A stretch of 64,000 nucleotides of DNA from a virus (lineage: Duplodnaviria > Caudoviricetes): positions 65,292-129,291 of IMG/VR virus record IMGVR_UViG_3300032225_002102; one strand, written 5' to 3'. Of the stretch, positions 40,351 to 52,900 are shown piece by piece. The notes under the pieces were generated by a model. It made no database searches, was not told where the DNA came from, and was given only the letters and a program-made list of their open reading frames with translations. Both the position numbers and the translations under genes were made by a program. How positions within the stretch are numbered: position 1 is the first letter of the stretch; each line of letters begins with the position of its first letter.

Positions 40351-43300
40351 TTACTCTTCTCTATTTTCTGCAAACTGTTCAAGTTCTTCTTCACTTACTT
40401 TTGTTTGAGTAGAAGCAGAGTTTTTATTTAATAGTTTAGTGTAATTAAGTTGTTGATCTAAATCTCCAAATCTATATAGTTGGTAAAGAGGTGAGAATAC
40501 AGATTTCATTAGTTTTCTTTCTATCTTTAAATCTCCTTTCTCATATCCTGCACCTGATTTAGCATATCTATCATCAAATTTTAAATTAAAATCAAACCCA
40601 TCATCATAATTAATATCCCACCCAAATAGTTGTGAAAGTAATCCTGTATTAGTATCAAACTGTCTTGTTAAAGCAAATGGATCTTTTACTTTTCTTGCTA
40701 TATAATCTAAACTTGAACTTGGTGAAGAAACAAATAAAAATTGTCCTGTATCATTAGTATATCTTGCAGTAAATAATTCTAATGCTTTAAGTATTTCACT
40801 TTTTTCTTCTTCATCATCATCGTTTAAAGCATGAAGAAATAATCCTAATAATGTTGCTCCTACTAAAAAGGTTAACTCGGAAGAAGCTCTAATTAAAGCA
40901 ATTCTTTTATTTTCATAATTATCATATTCAGAATTACCATATAACCATTCGTTAAATTTTTCAGAATTTTTACTTAGATTAGAATAACTTATTCTATCTG
41001 CTACAAATCCTGCTTGTTTAGCAATTACTTCAAATAATCCATAACTTAATGCACCTATTCCTTTTTTAGATATAATTGTTTTTATGTATCCTTTTAAAGA
41101 ATTATCTTTTTTTATTCCTACACTTATTTCAGCTAATGCTTCATTAAATTTTGAAAATATATTTGTAACAAATTGTCTTTGATAACCATCATCTACAAAT
41201 TCACCTGCTAATCTAACAAATTCAGATTTACCATATCTTACTTTTAATGAAGGATAAATCCAGTTAGAAAACACCATTGCCATTGATAATAAAGAATCAC
41301 GTTGTATTTCAGATTTAGAATATTTAGAATATTGACCATGTGCTAAATAATTTGCTGCTTCTATATTCCCTAATACTTTTGTTAATATTTCTATTTGTGC
41401 TGCTTCATCATTTTGTGCAATACCTGCCTTTTCCCAATTAAACTCAAATATCTGACCATCTTTTTTTTCAATTATATCTCTTAAATTAGTATCTCCAACT
41501 TTAAATCCTTTTAAAATAGCTAACATTAATGGTACTTGATTAGCATGTTCTGCTAATGAAGTAGATAAAAATAAAGTATCATAACTTAATACTCTATTAG
41601 ATAAAGATTTAGGAATTACTTGTCCTCGTAAATCTACCATATCTCCTTTAATAGCATCAAAAAACCATATTAATTGTGTAATTTCACTTTGATCATTAAT
41701 ATTTGTTTTAGTAGAATCTATAATAAAGTTATGAGTATTTTTCCAATATTCTGTTCCTGCATCACTTAAAATCTTTTCTGATAAACCAAATTTTTTACCT
41801 TGAGCAAGTAAAAAGTTATTAGTTTTTCCTGTAAGTAAGTTAGAACCAGAAGCAATAATATTATTTGCTAATACTTGAAAATTAGCTAATGCTTTTAATG
41901 TGTTTGTTATTTGTCTAACTGATAAACCACCCAAATTATAATCTACTGAAGGATCTCCATATATAAAATTATTGCTAAATTGAACTAATGCTCTTGCTGA
42001 ATTTTCTCCTACTTTTCCAAATAATTTATTTTTTGCAGCTGCTAACATAGTTTTATTAGAAGCTTCAACATTTACTTTTCTTGATGGTATTCCAATTGCA
42101 GTATCTCCTGCAAATAATGTTTTTAAAGTTAAAATCATAGGTTCTAACTGCTTCTTTTTTTCATAAGCTGTAGTAGAGGAATCAAATAAATGTAATGCAA
42201 GAAATAAATTTTCTTCTGTATCTTCATAAGAAACAGGAGAAGTATTTGTTGGATAAATTGATTTATTTAATTGTCCTGAAAGATATTGTTTTACTCTATA
42301 ATGATCAGGTTCATCATCTCTCAATATTCTATTAAATCTATCTGCTCTTACCATTTTACCTTCATCATTTTTTATCATAATGATTTTAGTATTTTCTTCT
42401 TTAAATTTAAATCCTTCAACATATTTAATTGTAGAATTACCTAATGCAGAAAGTCTTTCTAAAGCTGTTTTAGGATCTTGTTTAGCTATATTGATTAAAT
42501 AATGTCTTAATCTTTCTGTACCTAATCTATCATTTGATTTTTTATAACCTTCAATTAATTGATTATAATATTTTTTCATATTATCATTTTTACTCATTTC
42601 CTCAGATAAAGATTCCCATTTAGAATTTTTATTTATTGGAACTTGTAAATTACCAGAATATTTAAATATAGATACTATATCTAGTTCTTTCCATGAAGGA
42701 TCATTTAAATCTATAATTTTATATTTAAACTCTTCTTCTTCTTTAATCTTTACTAATAATTCATTACCATTAGAAACATAATCTTTTAGATCTTGTAAAT
42801 CAAATGTTCCTTCTTCAATTAGTTTTTTTAATCCACCTTTATATAACTTTCTTTCGTAAGTATTAAACCTAAAATAAGTATTACCGTTTTCATTTAATAA
42901 TTCTTCTAATTTACTCCATTCAGTTGTTTTACTTAATAAAGTATCAATTGCATTATCTTTTGATTTTAAATTTCTATAAAAAAAATCACTATATAATTTC
43001 TTTTGAATATTATCTTTAACTTGTGAAGGAGCAGTTACATTTGGATTAAATTGATCTTTTATATAAGTTTCTCCTCTTGAATTAGTATAAGTAATATCTA
43101 ATGCATTAGTATAGTTTATGGTATCATAAATATCATTTATTTTATCTATATCACCTTCTCTTATTATTCTAAATATTTCATTTACCGTTTTAGGTAAATC
43201 CATTACAAAAAGTTTTTGTTTAATTACAAATTCTCCTTTATTATACTCTGTTACAAAAGCTTTTCCTCTTCTTATTTTATATTTATTAAAAACACCTTTT

Positions 43301-45192
43301 TTATTTTCTTCTAACTCTATAAAATTACCTAATGCAATATCTTCTTCAGTAGCTAATTCTAATTCATCATTTTCTCCTATATATTTAATTTCTTGTACAA
43401 ATTTTCCTTCCCATTCTTTTTTTTGTTCTGATTCAAGTGATATACCTGCATCTGCTAATCCTAAATTAGCTTTTTGTAATGCAATTCTATTTTCTGTTTC
43501 TCCTTTTAATAATTCTCTTTGAACTAATGTTGCTGTTAATCCTAATATTGCATCATCATATTGAGTAGCTTGTTCAAACCATCTATCTGTTAAATCTATG
43601 TCTCTATTTGCTTCTACAAGTAGTTTTCTAATTGTAGCTTTATCAGCATAATACATTGATTTATTTGAATTTAATTTATTTTTTTCTGCTAATAAAATTA
43701 TTTCATTAATAGAATCTTTTGGTACATTCCTTGTTTCTAATACTTTTCTAAAATGAGTAAAAAAATCATCTTCAGGTAATACTTCTATTCCATTAATTTG
43801 AAGTACTTTATCTGTTAATCCTGCTGCTTCAACTATCTTTATAATGCTAGGATCTGTATTATATAAAGATACTCTTAAATCTGATTCAAATATTTTTTCT
43901 TTTGTGTATAATTCTTTACTTTGTCTATCTAAAATTTCAGATATAAAGTCTAGTTGTAACTGATAAGATTCTTTTTTTAAATTAAAAATTGTTTCGTATG
44001 ATTCGTTTATTGTAGCTAAAATAGATTTAGATTCTCGTTTAGAATCACTTTGTATTTTTAATATTTTTTCAAATAAATTATTAACTTCTTTATTTTCATT
44101 AGTAAACTTATCTCTTATTTTAACAACTAAATCTTGTAAATCACCAATAGCTGTATCAGAAAAAATATCTTTTAACCATTCTCTATTTTCTTTTTTAGTG
44201 TTTTCTGGAAATTGCTCCTCAACTAATTCTAATAAACCCATTTCAAATTGATAAGTATTTGTATTTTCCCAACTTGATTTATTTTTATTTGTTTTTTCAT
44301 AAAATTCTTCTAAAAAAGAAAATATGTGTTGCAACTCACGAAATTCAGTAAAAAACTCTCCAATAAATTGTTGTTTTTTTGAAAAACTGTTTTTGTTTGT
44401 TTCTGATTCTAATTTTTTTACTGCTTTTTCAATATATTTAAATTTATAATTAATTTTACCTATTATATTATTAGCGGTAATAATCATTAAAGATAAATCT
44501 GAAATTCTTTCCATTGATTCATCTTTTTTAATTTTATCTGATAATATTTTTAAATAATTTAATTGTTTATAAAGTTCATCTCTAAATTTAAGATCTTTAT
44601 TATTTCCATATTGAGTAAAATTAAATTGAAATTCTTCTACATCTTTACTTAACTTATCTAGAACATCATTAAGTATTTCTCCTTGTTCTTCATCAGTAGC
44701 ATAAACATTAAAAATATTTTCATCTATATTAAATGGAGGTACTAAAAAACTTTCTAAAACAGATTGTAAATCTTCTGCACGTGTATCTTTAATTAATCTA
44801 TCTACATCTTCTGGAGTAGATTGACTTAAATTAGCATCTTCTAATACTCTAACATCAGTAATTACTACATTTTTAATAGTATTTGTTCCAATAGTAACAT
44901 CATCTACATAAACAGTTCCTATTAGTTTTGTTCTATTTAAATGATATTTTTTATTAATTTCATTTATAAATTTTAATTGCTCTTCATTCTTTTTTGGGTT
45001 TTGCGAAAGAAGTAATACTTTTATACCATCACGCATACCTGTAGTAAATAAACCAGAAGCATTTAATTTTGATTTTATATCAATATCAATTTCTTCTAGT
45101 TTAGCAATTGTATCATCCGAGATAGAATCTGGATTTTTATCATTTTCTGATTTTTGAAAATTCTGTAAATATGGTATTGTGCAAGTTGACAT
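40351..45192 (-). CDS. Large virion cargo/ejection protein (last of the crAss RNAP-associated set), C-terminal TM
   Basis: Synteny with RNAP; AANY.AHGQY segment; TM LTFLVGATLLGLFLHAL followed by DDDEEE; single Cys at position 4. Confidence 0.7.
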   Translation of the reverse strand: MSTCTIPYLQNFQKSENDKNPDSISDDTIAKLEEIDIDIKSKLNASGLFTTGMRDGIKVLLLSQNPKKNEEQLKFINEINKKYHLNRTKLIGTVYVDDVTIGTNTIKNVVITDVRVLEDANLSQSTPEDVDRLIKDTRAEDLQSVLESFLVPPFNIDENIFNVYATDEEQGEILNDVLDKLSKDVEEFQFNFTQYGNNKDLKFRDELYKQLNYLKILSDKIKKDESMERISDLSLMIITANNIIGKINYKFKYIEKAVKKLESETNKNSFSKKQQFIGEFFTEFRELQHIFSFLEEFYEKTNKNKSSWENTNTYQFEMGLLELVEEQFPENTKKENREWLKDIFSDTAIGDLQDLVVKIRDKFTNENKEVNNLFEKILKIQSDSKRESKSILATINESYETIFNLKKESYQLQLDFISEILDRQSKELYTKEKIFESDLRVSLYNTDPSIIKIVEAAGLTDKVLQINGIEVLPEDDFFTHFRKVLETRNVPKDSINEIILLAEKNKLNSNKSMYYADKATIRKLLVEANRDIDLTDRWFEQATQYDDAILGLTATLVQRELLKGETENRIALQKANLGLADAGISLESEQKKEWEGKFVQEIKYIGENDELELATEEDIALGNFIELEENKKGVFNKYKIRRGKAFVTEYNKGEFVIKQKLFVMDLPKTVNEIFRIIREGDIDKINDIYDTINYTNALDITYTNSRGETYIKDQFNPNVTAPSQVKDNIQKKLYSDFFYRNLKSKDNAIDTLLSKTTEWSKLEELLNENGNTYFRFNTYERKLYKGGLKKLIEEGTFDLQDLKDYVSNGNELLVKIKEEEEFKYKIIDLNDPSWKELDIVSIFKYSGNLQVPINKNSKWESLSEEMSKNDNMKKYYNQLIEGYKKSNDRLGTERLRHYLINIAKQDPKTALERLSALGNSTIKYVEGFKFKEENTKIIMIKNDEGKMVRADRFNRILRDDEPDHYRVKQYLSGQLNKSIYPTNTSPVSYEDTEENLFLALHLFDSSTTAYEKKKQLEPMILTLKTLFAGDTAIGIPSRKVNVEASNKTMLAAAKNKLFGKVGENSARALVQFSNNFIYGDPSVDYNLGGLSVRQITNTLKALANFQVLANNIIASGSNLLTGKTNNFLLAQGKKFGLSEKILSDAGTEYWKNTHNFIIDSTKTNINDQSEITQLIWFFDAIKGDMVDLRGQVIPKSLSNRVLSYDTLFLSTSLAEHANQVPLMLAILKGFKVGDTNLRDIIEKKDGQIFEFNWEKAGIAQNDEAAQIEILTKVLGNIEAANYLAHGQYSKYSKSEIQRDSLLSMAMVFSNWIYPSLKVRYGKSEFVRLAGEFVDDGYQRQFVTNIFSKFNEALAEISVGIKKDNSLKGYIKTIISKKGIGALSYGLFEVIAKQAGFVADRISYSNLSKNSEKFNEWLYGNSEYDNYENKRIALIRASSELTFLVGATLLGLFLHALNDDDEEEKSEILKALELFTARYTNDTGQFLFVSSPSSSLDYIARKVKDPFALTRQFDTNTGLLSQLFGWDINYDDGFDFNLKFDDRYAKSGAGYEKGDLKIERKLMKSVFSPLYQLYRFGDLDQQLNYTKLLNKNSASTQTKVSEEELEQFAENREE

Positions 45193-45193
45193 A

Positions 45194-46921
45194 TTATATA
45201 CAAGCTATGTTTATATTGTAATTACTCGGATCTATTGGTAATCTTTCTTCTTGATTTATTGAGATATTTAAATTATCATCTTTACTATAGTTTAAATTTC
45301 TATAACCTTCATAGTAAAAATTAAATTTATCTGATGAACTATATATAGGTTTAAAAGCTTTCCAGTCAATAAAATCTTTATCTCTTCCCATCATAAGTTT
45401 TGCTTTCATTATTTCTTTCCATAACTTAAAATAGTTCTCATGTTCTTCTTGATTTGGTGTTAATCTCACAAAAAAATCTATAACATATCCTGTATCTTTT
45501 ATCCAATCTCCTTGTTTATGATCTACAGTTTTAGTTTCTTCTATTATTTCAATTTCTTTTGTAAAAAAATTCTTTTTTCTATATGATACTGTTTCTGTAT
45601 GTTTTCCATCTTCACTATAAAATTCTCCATTTATTACTCCTTGTATTGTAAGACTTTCCATAGATTTATGTTCTCCCCCATAAAAATTGTTTATTATTTT
45701 ATAAGTGGGATATTTAGCTTTAAATTTTTTAAAAAAATCTTGTCTTTCAATAATAGGAAGAATTAATTCATTACTTTCTTCTTTAAAAGAATTTTGTTTT
45801 GATTCTATTAATTTTAAATCTTCTTTATTTATTTTTTCAAAAGGAATTACCCAATCTATATCATGTAAATTTTCTTTTTCTGTTCTATAAACAGTTCCTG
45901 CTTTTCTTAAAGCTAATGAGCCAGTAAGAACAATATTTAATTCTTTTTGTCCAAAATTAACTAATTCTTCAGCAAAAGAATCTGTTTTAATTGTAGGAGT
46001 ATATTGTTTTAATATTTGTGAATCTTTTAATTTATAATCAAAATAATCATAATTTTGATTTAAAATCTCATCGACAATAGATAATGATAAATTATTTAAT
46101 TTTTGTTTTTTCTTTATGTTATCTCTATTAAAATTTTCTAAAAATTTTTCCAACATTTTTACAATAGTATTCCATAAATCAAAATCATCTTTAGTCCAAG
46201 ATTTATCATTTATTTTTTGAAATTCTTGAGGATTATTATAATGGAGTATTATTTGTTCTTTTAAATAATCTATAATAACTAAATCTCTAATTTTATTTTT
46301 CCATACGGTTTTATCTTCTATAAATCCTTCTTTAGATTCAATTAAGTTACTATAATATTTAAATCTTTCAGAATATTTATCCCATTTACTTATAAGGTAT
46401 CTTAAATCACTTCTAATTTTATTATTTTTTTTACCTAGCATAGAATATGCAAAATATGCTACTTCAGGTAAAATACTATTACCTTTTTCATACGCAATAG
46501 ATTTAGTTATTAAATCAGAAGCGGAATAAGCATCTAATCCTAATTCTTCTTTTAAATTATTATACTCAGTATCTGTAATTCCAAAATCTTTTAGAAATCC
46601 ACTTTTTAATAAATTTTCTAGTTCATTTAAATTTTTACTTGAAACATCTGATTGTAATACTTTATTATTAATAGAATCAATTTCTGTAAAAACTTCAGTA
46701 TTAGGTATAGCTACATTATTTCTAACTTGGTATAAATTAACATCTTTACCAAGTTTATTTGAAGCTAATAGATCTAATTCTCTAATAGCTTTATAAAAAT
46801 CATTGTTTGATATTTCATAAGATTCTTCTAAAAATCCATGAGCAACAAGTTTGTTTTTTGTTGATATTTTAGAATTATTAGGTATTTTATTGTATGTTAT
46901 TTCACATTTGAATATGCTCAT
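45194..46921 (-). CDS. Virion cargo protein with Pol-beta-superfamily nucleotidyltransferase domain (likely start 46921, TAATG overlap)
   Basis: IVLTGSLAL...LHDIDW, third Asp in VIDFF, K..MGRDKDFID. Confidence 0.75.
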   Translation of the reverse strand: MSIFKCEITYNKIPNNSKISTKNKLVAHGFLEESYEISNNDFYKAIRELDLLASNKLGKDVNLYQVRNNVAIPNTEVFTEIDSINNKVLQSDVSSKNLNELENLLKSGFLKDFGITDTEYNNLKEELGLDAYSASDLITKSIAYEKGNSILPEVAYFAYSMLGKKNNKIRSDLRYLISKWDKYSERFKYYSNLIESKEGFIEDKTVWKNKIRDLVIIDYLKEQIILHYNNPQEFQKINDKSWTKDDFDLWNTIVKMLEKFLENFNRDNIKKKQKLNNLSLSIVDEILNQNYDYFDYKLKDSQILKQYTPTIKTDSFAEELVNFGQKELNIVLTGSLALRKAGTVYRTEKENLHDIDWVIPFEKINKEDLKLIESKQNSFKEESNELILPIIERQDFFKKFKAKYPTYKIINNFYGGEHKSMESLTIQGVINGEFYSEDGKHTETVSYRKKNFFTKEIEIIEETKTVDHKQGDWIKDTGYVIDFFVRLTPNQEEHENYFKLWKEIMKAKLMMGRDKDFIDWKAFKPIYSSSDKFNFYYEGYRNLNYSKDDNLNISINQEERLPIDPSNYNINIACI

Positions 46922-49900
46922 TATTGACAACCTTTAGTTTTTAAAATTTCTAATTCAGATTCTATTTGTTTTTTATTGTTTTTTAAATTATCATAAGGTG
47001 TTTGCCAAGTGTTAGGATAATTTAAAATAAATTCTTCAAGATTTACTACAGCTTTATCATCAGCAGTTTCTTCTCTATTAACCATTGCATAAGCTGCTCT
47101 TGCTAAAGTATCGTATGACATACCATCCTTTCTAATATATGCTCCATTAGTAGCAGTACTACGTTTGTTTTTATCAATTAAATTATCAAATGATTCAGGT
47201 TTTATTCTTCCACCATTTTTAAAATAACGATAAAAAATACCATCTGTTGTATCTAAAAACGTTTCTAATCTAGCTTCAACTTCTTGTAATTCTTGAAGTA
47301 ATTTTAATTGTTCTTGTGAAATATCACCTACTACTTCACTTTGAGTTCCTTGTATATTACTAGTTTCTGTACTTACTACTTTAAGTTCTTCTCTTACTTC
47401 CATTAATAACTTAGGAAATTCTTTACCCCATTTAGTTTTATCTTGGGTATGAGTAAGAGTAGCGTCTCCTGTTGCTAAAAGTTTAGTTAGAGCATTTGGA
47501 TTTTGTTTAAATGAAAGAGTAAGAATATTTTTCATTATTCCTGATGAATCTCTGTCCCACGTAGCTTGTGATAAATCAGTTATTTTTCTACCTAATGCTT
47601 TTGCTTGAGAACCTGAAGCATTTTTTAATTGTTCTACTATTTTAAGATTTTCTTTACTAGCAGGTGTATTTAATAAAACAGCATTAGTAAACCAAATTTT
47701 CATTGCTTGGAATGCTCCTTCAGGTGTTCTAAAAGTTTGATCTCCTATTGTTACAGGTCTTTCAGCAAAATTACTTAATTCAGCATTTTCTCCTGTACCT
47801 GCATAAATATTAATTTTATTACTTTTATCTACTACACTTGCTGGTTGAGCTTGATTAATATTTGGATTCTCCCATTTAGTTACATCTGGATTAATAGTAG
47901 AATCTGTATTTTTAAATCCTAATTTATTTAATTCATCATGTATCCAACCTTCTCCAAGTTTATTATAACCTTTACCTTTATCAATATAAGATTTACTATC
48001 TAACAATACAAATGCTCCTGAATTTAATGCTTTTACAATTTCTTGAAAAGCTTTATCTCTATTAGTAAAATCTTTTTCTGTATAAGAAGTTCCTCCATTA
48101 ATACTTGCAAAATACGTTTTACCAATTTCATAAACACTTGGATTTACAGGTGCATTTCTATTTTGGTATTGTTCTGCATAAAATTCTGTACTACTATTAT
48201 TTCTTCCAAATCCAATAAATCCACCATTAGCTCTTTCTGATTTAAAAGGTGCTTTTTCTGCATCAATTTGAACTTTTGTTTCTACTTTAAAAGGTTTGAA
48301 ATTAATATTTACGTTAGAATTCCAATCATATTCGTTAATCAAATAATCAAGTGCTGTTGCATGAGTAGCATAATTTTTTTCTTCATAATATCCAATAGGT
48401 CTGCCTTTAAGTTCACCATTTTTAATATTATTGATTATTAAATTTCTATATTCTGCTGTAGCACTTACTATATCATAATTATTTCCTGTAATTAACCAAT
48501 CTATAAATTTTTTAGTAGCTTTTATACCTTTTTCTTTTGCTGTTCCAGTTTCTTCTTTTATATCAAAAGGATTTCCTATTGTTACAGGTCTTTGAACTAC
48601 ACCATTAGATCTAAAATTTTCTGCAAATGATTTTGTACTATTACCTCTATAAGCTACAATTACTTGATCTCCGTAATTTGCTTTAAACTCAGGAAAAAAT
48701 TCACTCCAAAAAGTTTTACTATTATAAACTAATCCTAAATCTTTTGGTAATACAACATTTAAAGATTGTGTTTTCTTTTCTAATTTAGAATAAATTTCAT
48801 CTGTTATATTTTGAATTTCTTCATTTTGATTATTCATTCCTTCATTATAACCTTTATCAAAGTTAGGTGAATATCTATTAGAAAGCAAGTTTTTATAAAA
48901 TTGAATATATCCTGTTTTAGTACCTTCTTGTTCTAATTGATTAATTAAATCTTCTAATTTACTTCTATTTTCTTCTTCTGATTTAGTTGTATCTTTTTTA
49001 GAATTAACTTCTGTTGTAGCTGGAATTAATCCTGCATCTATTGTTAAATCAGTAATTGTAGAACCATAATAAGGTTCTCTCATATAAGTTATTATATTTG
49101 GATCTGGTAATTTACTAAAATCAAGTGTTCCTTCTATTAGTTCTTCATTTGTATTATAAATGCGATAATCATCTCCTGATTGAATAACTGTAAATATAAC
49201 TCTACCATCATTAGTTATTAATTCATATTTTTCAGCATTATCTATTTCACTTTCTATTTCTTTTATTGATAAAGAATAACTTTTTTTACCAATACTTACT
49301 TCAATTTTATTATTAGGAAATATTCTTTTATAAGAAGCTCCTCTATAATCTATATATTGTGGAAGTGTTAGTTTTAATCCATTTCCAGTATCTTTAGTAT
49401 CAACTCCTATTTTTGTATAATCTCTTTCTTCACCATTTTTATTTATTTCTAAATAAAGCGGTGGTTGATTAATTTGTAAAAGATTTGAATCTAATTCTAC
49501 TTTTACATTATTTTGAAATCTATATACTTTTAAAATTTCTGTATCTGGTGAATCTTTAATTTTTAATCTATGTTTTTTATTTTTAATATCAGAAAACCAT
49601 AATGATTTGAATTTTGCAGTCATTACACTTTCCTCTTTTTCTGAAAGTTCTTTAAGTTGTTTAAAATTATCTAATACTTTACTTATTTCTCTAAACATAA
49701 TAGTAGGAAATATTTTACTAATATTATATTGTCTAAATTGTAATCCATCTTTTAAAATAAAATAAGCAAATAAATCTTTAGCAAATTGTTTTTCTTTTTC
49801 ATTTGGAGAAGTGTACATTTCTAAAAATAAATTACGTATGTTATCTTGTTGTGCAGGATTTAATTTAGATAAAGAAGCTAATCTTAAACTATCAAGTGTT

Positions 49901-52900
49901 TCTGAATTTTTTAAAGTATTTACTTTTCCTTTTATACCAATAATATGTTTTAGTAAATCATAACCTTTTTTAGATTTATTTTCAAAAAATTTATCTAAAA
50001 AGTTTTCTTCTCCACTTAATGGATTTAGTCTATTAAAATTTAAAAAATCAATAATATAACTATTATTGGGATTTACATTCATTTTTAATAATTGAATAAT
50101 TAAAAACGAATTAACATCTTTTTCTATTTTAGACTGTAAATCAGTATCATCTTTTTTATTTGTATTAATTAATACTGCGTTTTTTAATTTTTTAGAAATA
50201 GATTCATATTCAATAAACATTTGACTTAGATTATCATTTACTAAATCCTCTGTAATTTTAACAAATGATTTAATATCTAAAGCTTTATCAGAATTTTTTA
50301 AAGATTCCCAATTAAAAAAATTTGTTGTATTTTTATCTGATATTTGTACTGTAACTTCATCTTTATTAATTAATCCTAATTCTACCGCAGTGGTTATTAC
50401 ATCTGTTAATTCACTTAAATTACCTTTAGTATATCCTTTTTTACCTTTAATGAGTTTAGCTAATTTAGAGATTTCTTTACTCATATCTCCTACTTTAAGG
50501 TATGTAGCTAATATATCTTTATCATCATTATATAAACTCTCAAATATTTTTTGTTCTGTTAAATTTACTTGATTAGTAATTTTTAAATTTTGTACTAATA
50601 CATTAAATTCTCTTTCTTCTTGTGTTAATTTTTTATTTTTTTCTGCTCTAGATTCTATTTTATTTTTACTTACTGAATCTTTATATTTTTTTACTATTTT
50701 AGAGTTTACAATAGCAATAGCTTCATCAAGTGAAAATTCTAAAGAAGTTAATAAATCTATTACATTTAAATCATCTCCTTTAATTCCGTGTCTTTTCAGT
50801 TGCTCTTCTTTTGCTTCATCAGTAGTTGTAGAAGTTAAAGTATTTTTTACACTAAATACTCTTTCTTGTAAATGATTAGTATAACCAAACTTTACAGGAT
50901 TTCCATTATAATTAAATTTAAATTTAGATGATAATGATAGTCCTATTCGATTAGCTACAATAGCTACCAAAGCTCCATTTACAACAATTCCAATACCCTG
51001 TCTTGCAATAATAGTACCTTGTTGATAATTAGAATGAGTAGATATACTATTGTGAGGAATGCTTTTATTTTTTTCAATATTTAATAAATCTGTTTCTTTT
51101 CCATTAATAATTCTTTGAAATGGATATACATCATAACCATTTAAAGTTGGTACTATTTTAACACTACCTTCTACTTCACCATTATTATAAATTTTTTCAA
51201 TCTCTTCTAAACTTTTAGATTTAGAATAAAATATTTTTGAATTTTCTTGTAAATCTTCAATTAAAGATAAATCCATAGAAATATCTCCTGTACCTCTTGC
51301 TGGATTTTTAACATCACCAAAGAGTACACTATCACTTGTTAGCATTGCTCTCTGCAAATCAAGTATTTTATTATTTAATACTGCATTATTTAAAGAGTTA
51401 TTTAAAAAATCATTTTTATGTACTTTTTTAAGAATTTTAGATTTTTCTTGAAACTCTTCTTTAGTAGAAATTAAATCAAATTGTTTTAAGGTTTCTTCAT
51501 AATATTTTTCTCTAATAAATTCTTTTTGAGATTCTAATAATAAATCTTTATCTTTTAATTCAAAATAAAAATTAACATTATTTAAAAAATCTTTGTTTTT
51601 TGTTTTATATTCTTCTATATTTTTATATATGTATTCAATTTGTTCATTTATAGATTTTCTTGTACTTTTATTTGCTTTTAATTCAGCAGTTAAATCTCTT
51701 GTATTTAAATCTTTTTTATCTTTATAAAAATCTTGAAAAGCATCAGATAATTCAAATTGTAAATTTTCTTTTTCTTGATATAAAATTTCTCTTTCTTCTT
51801 TATTTTTAGTTTCTTTTAATTTATCATAATAAGATTTAATTTCAGTTTGCAATTCTTTAATATTATCTGGTAGATTTTCAGATAAACCAGATAATCTATT
51901 AAATAATACAGTAGCTCTATCTAATAATTCTTGTTTTGAATTTTGTAATTCATTTATTTTATCAAATGCTCTATTTACTTCAGGTTTAAGTATTTCAAAA
52001 TAAGGTTTTAAATACTTTCTTTGTTCTTTTAAAAGTATTTTATTATTTTTAACATCTTCTAAAATTGTATTATAAACTGGATCATTTGTTAATTTTTCTT
52101 TTAAAGCTAATTTAGCTGCTTTAGAACTTTTAAAAATCCATTTTTTATAATCTTGAAATGTATCTTCATATTTTATAAATTCTCCATTTTCCCAATATCC
52201 TTCATATTGAGTAGAAAAAACTTTATCAATATCAAAGTCAGATCCTGCAATTTGAACAATTTCTTTAGGAACAACAATAGTATTACCTATTGTATCATCA
52301 AGAAAATCAACCCATTCAATATTAATTGAAGATTGTTTATCTTGTGAAGGAATACGCACACCTAAAGCAAATCTAATACTATCCATTATGGATGTTTGTT
52401 TACCATTTAATTTAGGCATCATTGCTTCTGATACCCAAGTATTAAATACGTAATTATCTCCTTGTTTAATATATGATTTTTTCATATATCGTAAAGAATC
52501 AGAAAAATATATTTCATCTCCATTTGCAATTCTTGCTTGCATTTCTGGAGATTCAAAATACATGTGAAATTCACTTTTTGATTTTGTTTTTGATTGCTTT
52601 ACTTTTTTTGATTTTGATTTTTCTTTTCTTTTTTGTTCTAAATACCAATCACGATGATCATAAATTAAATCTGATAAATCTTCTGGTTTATTCTCAATGA
52701 TTATTTGATCATATCCTTTTGTTTTATTATTGATAACTTCCCATGTATAATCTACTATTACACCATTTTCTTTAATTGGAATAAGTTTTTTTAGAACTCT
52801 AACTCCATGATCTGAAGCTAATACATAAGCATTACCAGCTACTTTATGAGATAGTACTCCTGTACTAAAATGTTTTACTACACTTTGAATCATTTTATCT

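Noticed and set aside
52570-52640. Lys/Ser-rich insertion in RNAP resembling a nuclear localisation signal
   Set aside because: Phage of bacteria; more simply a low-complexity basic loop, with no further support
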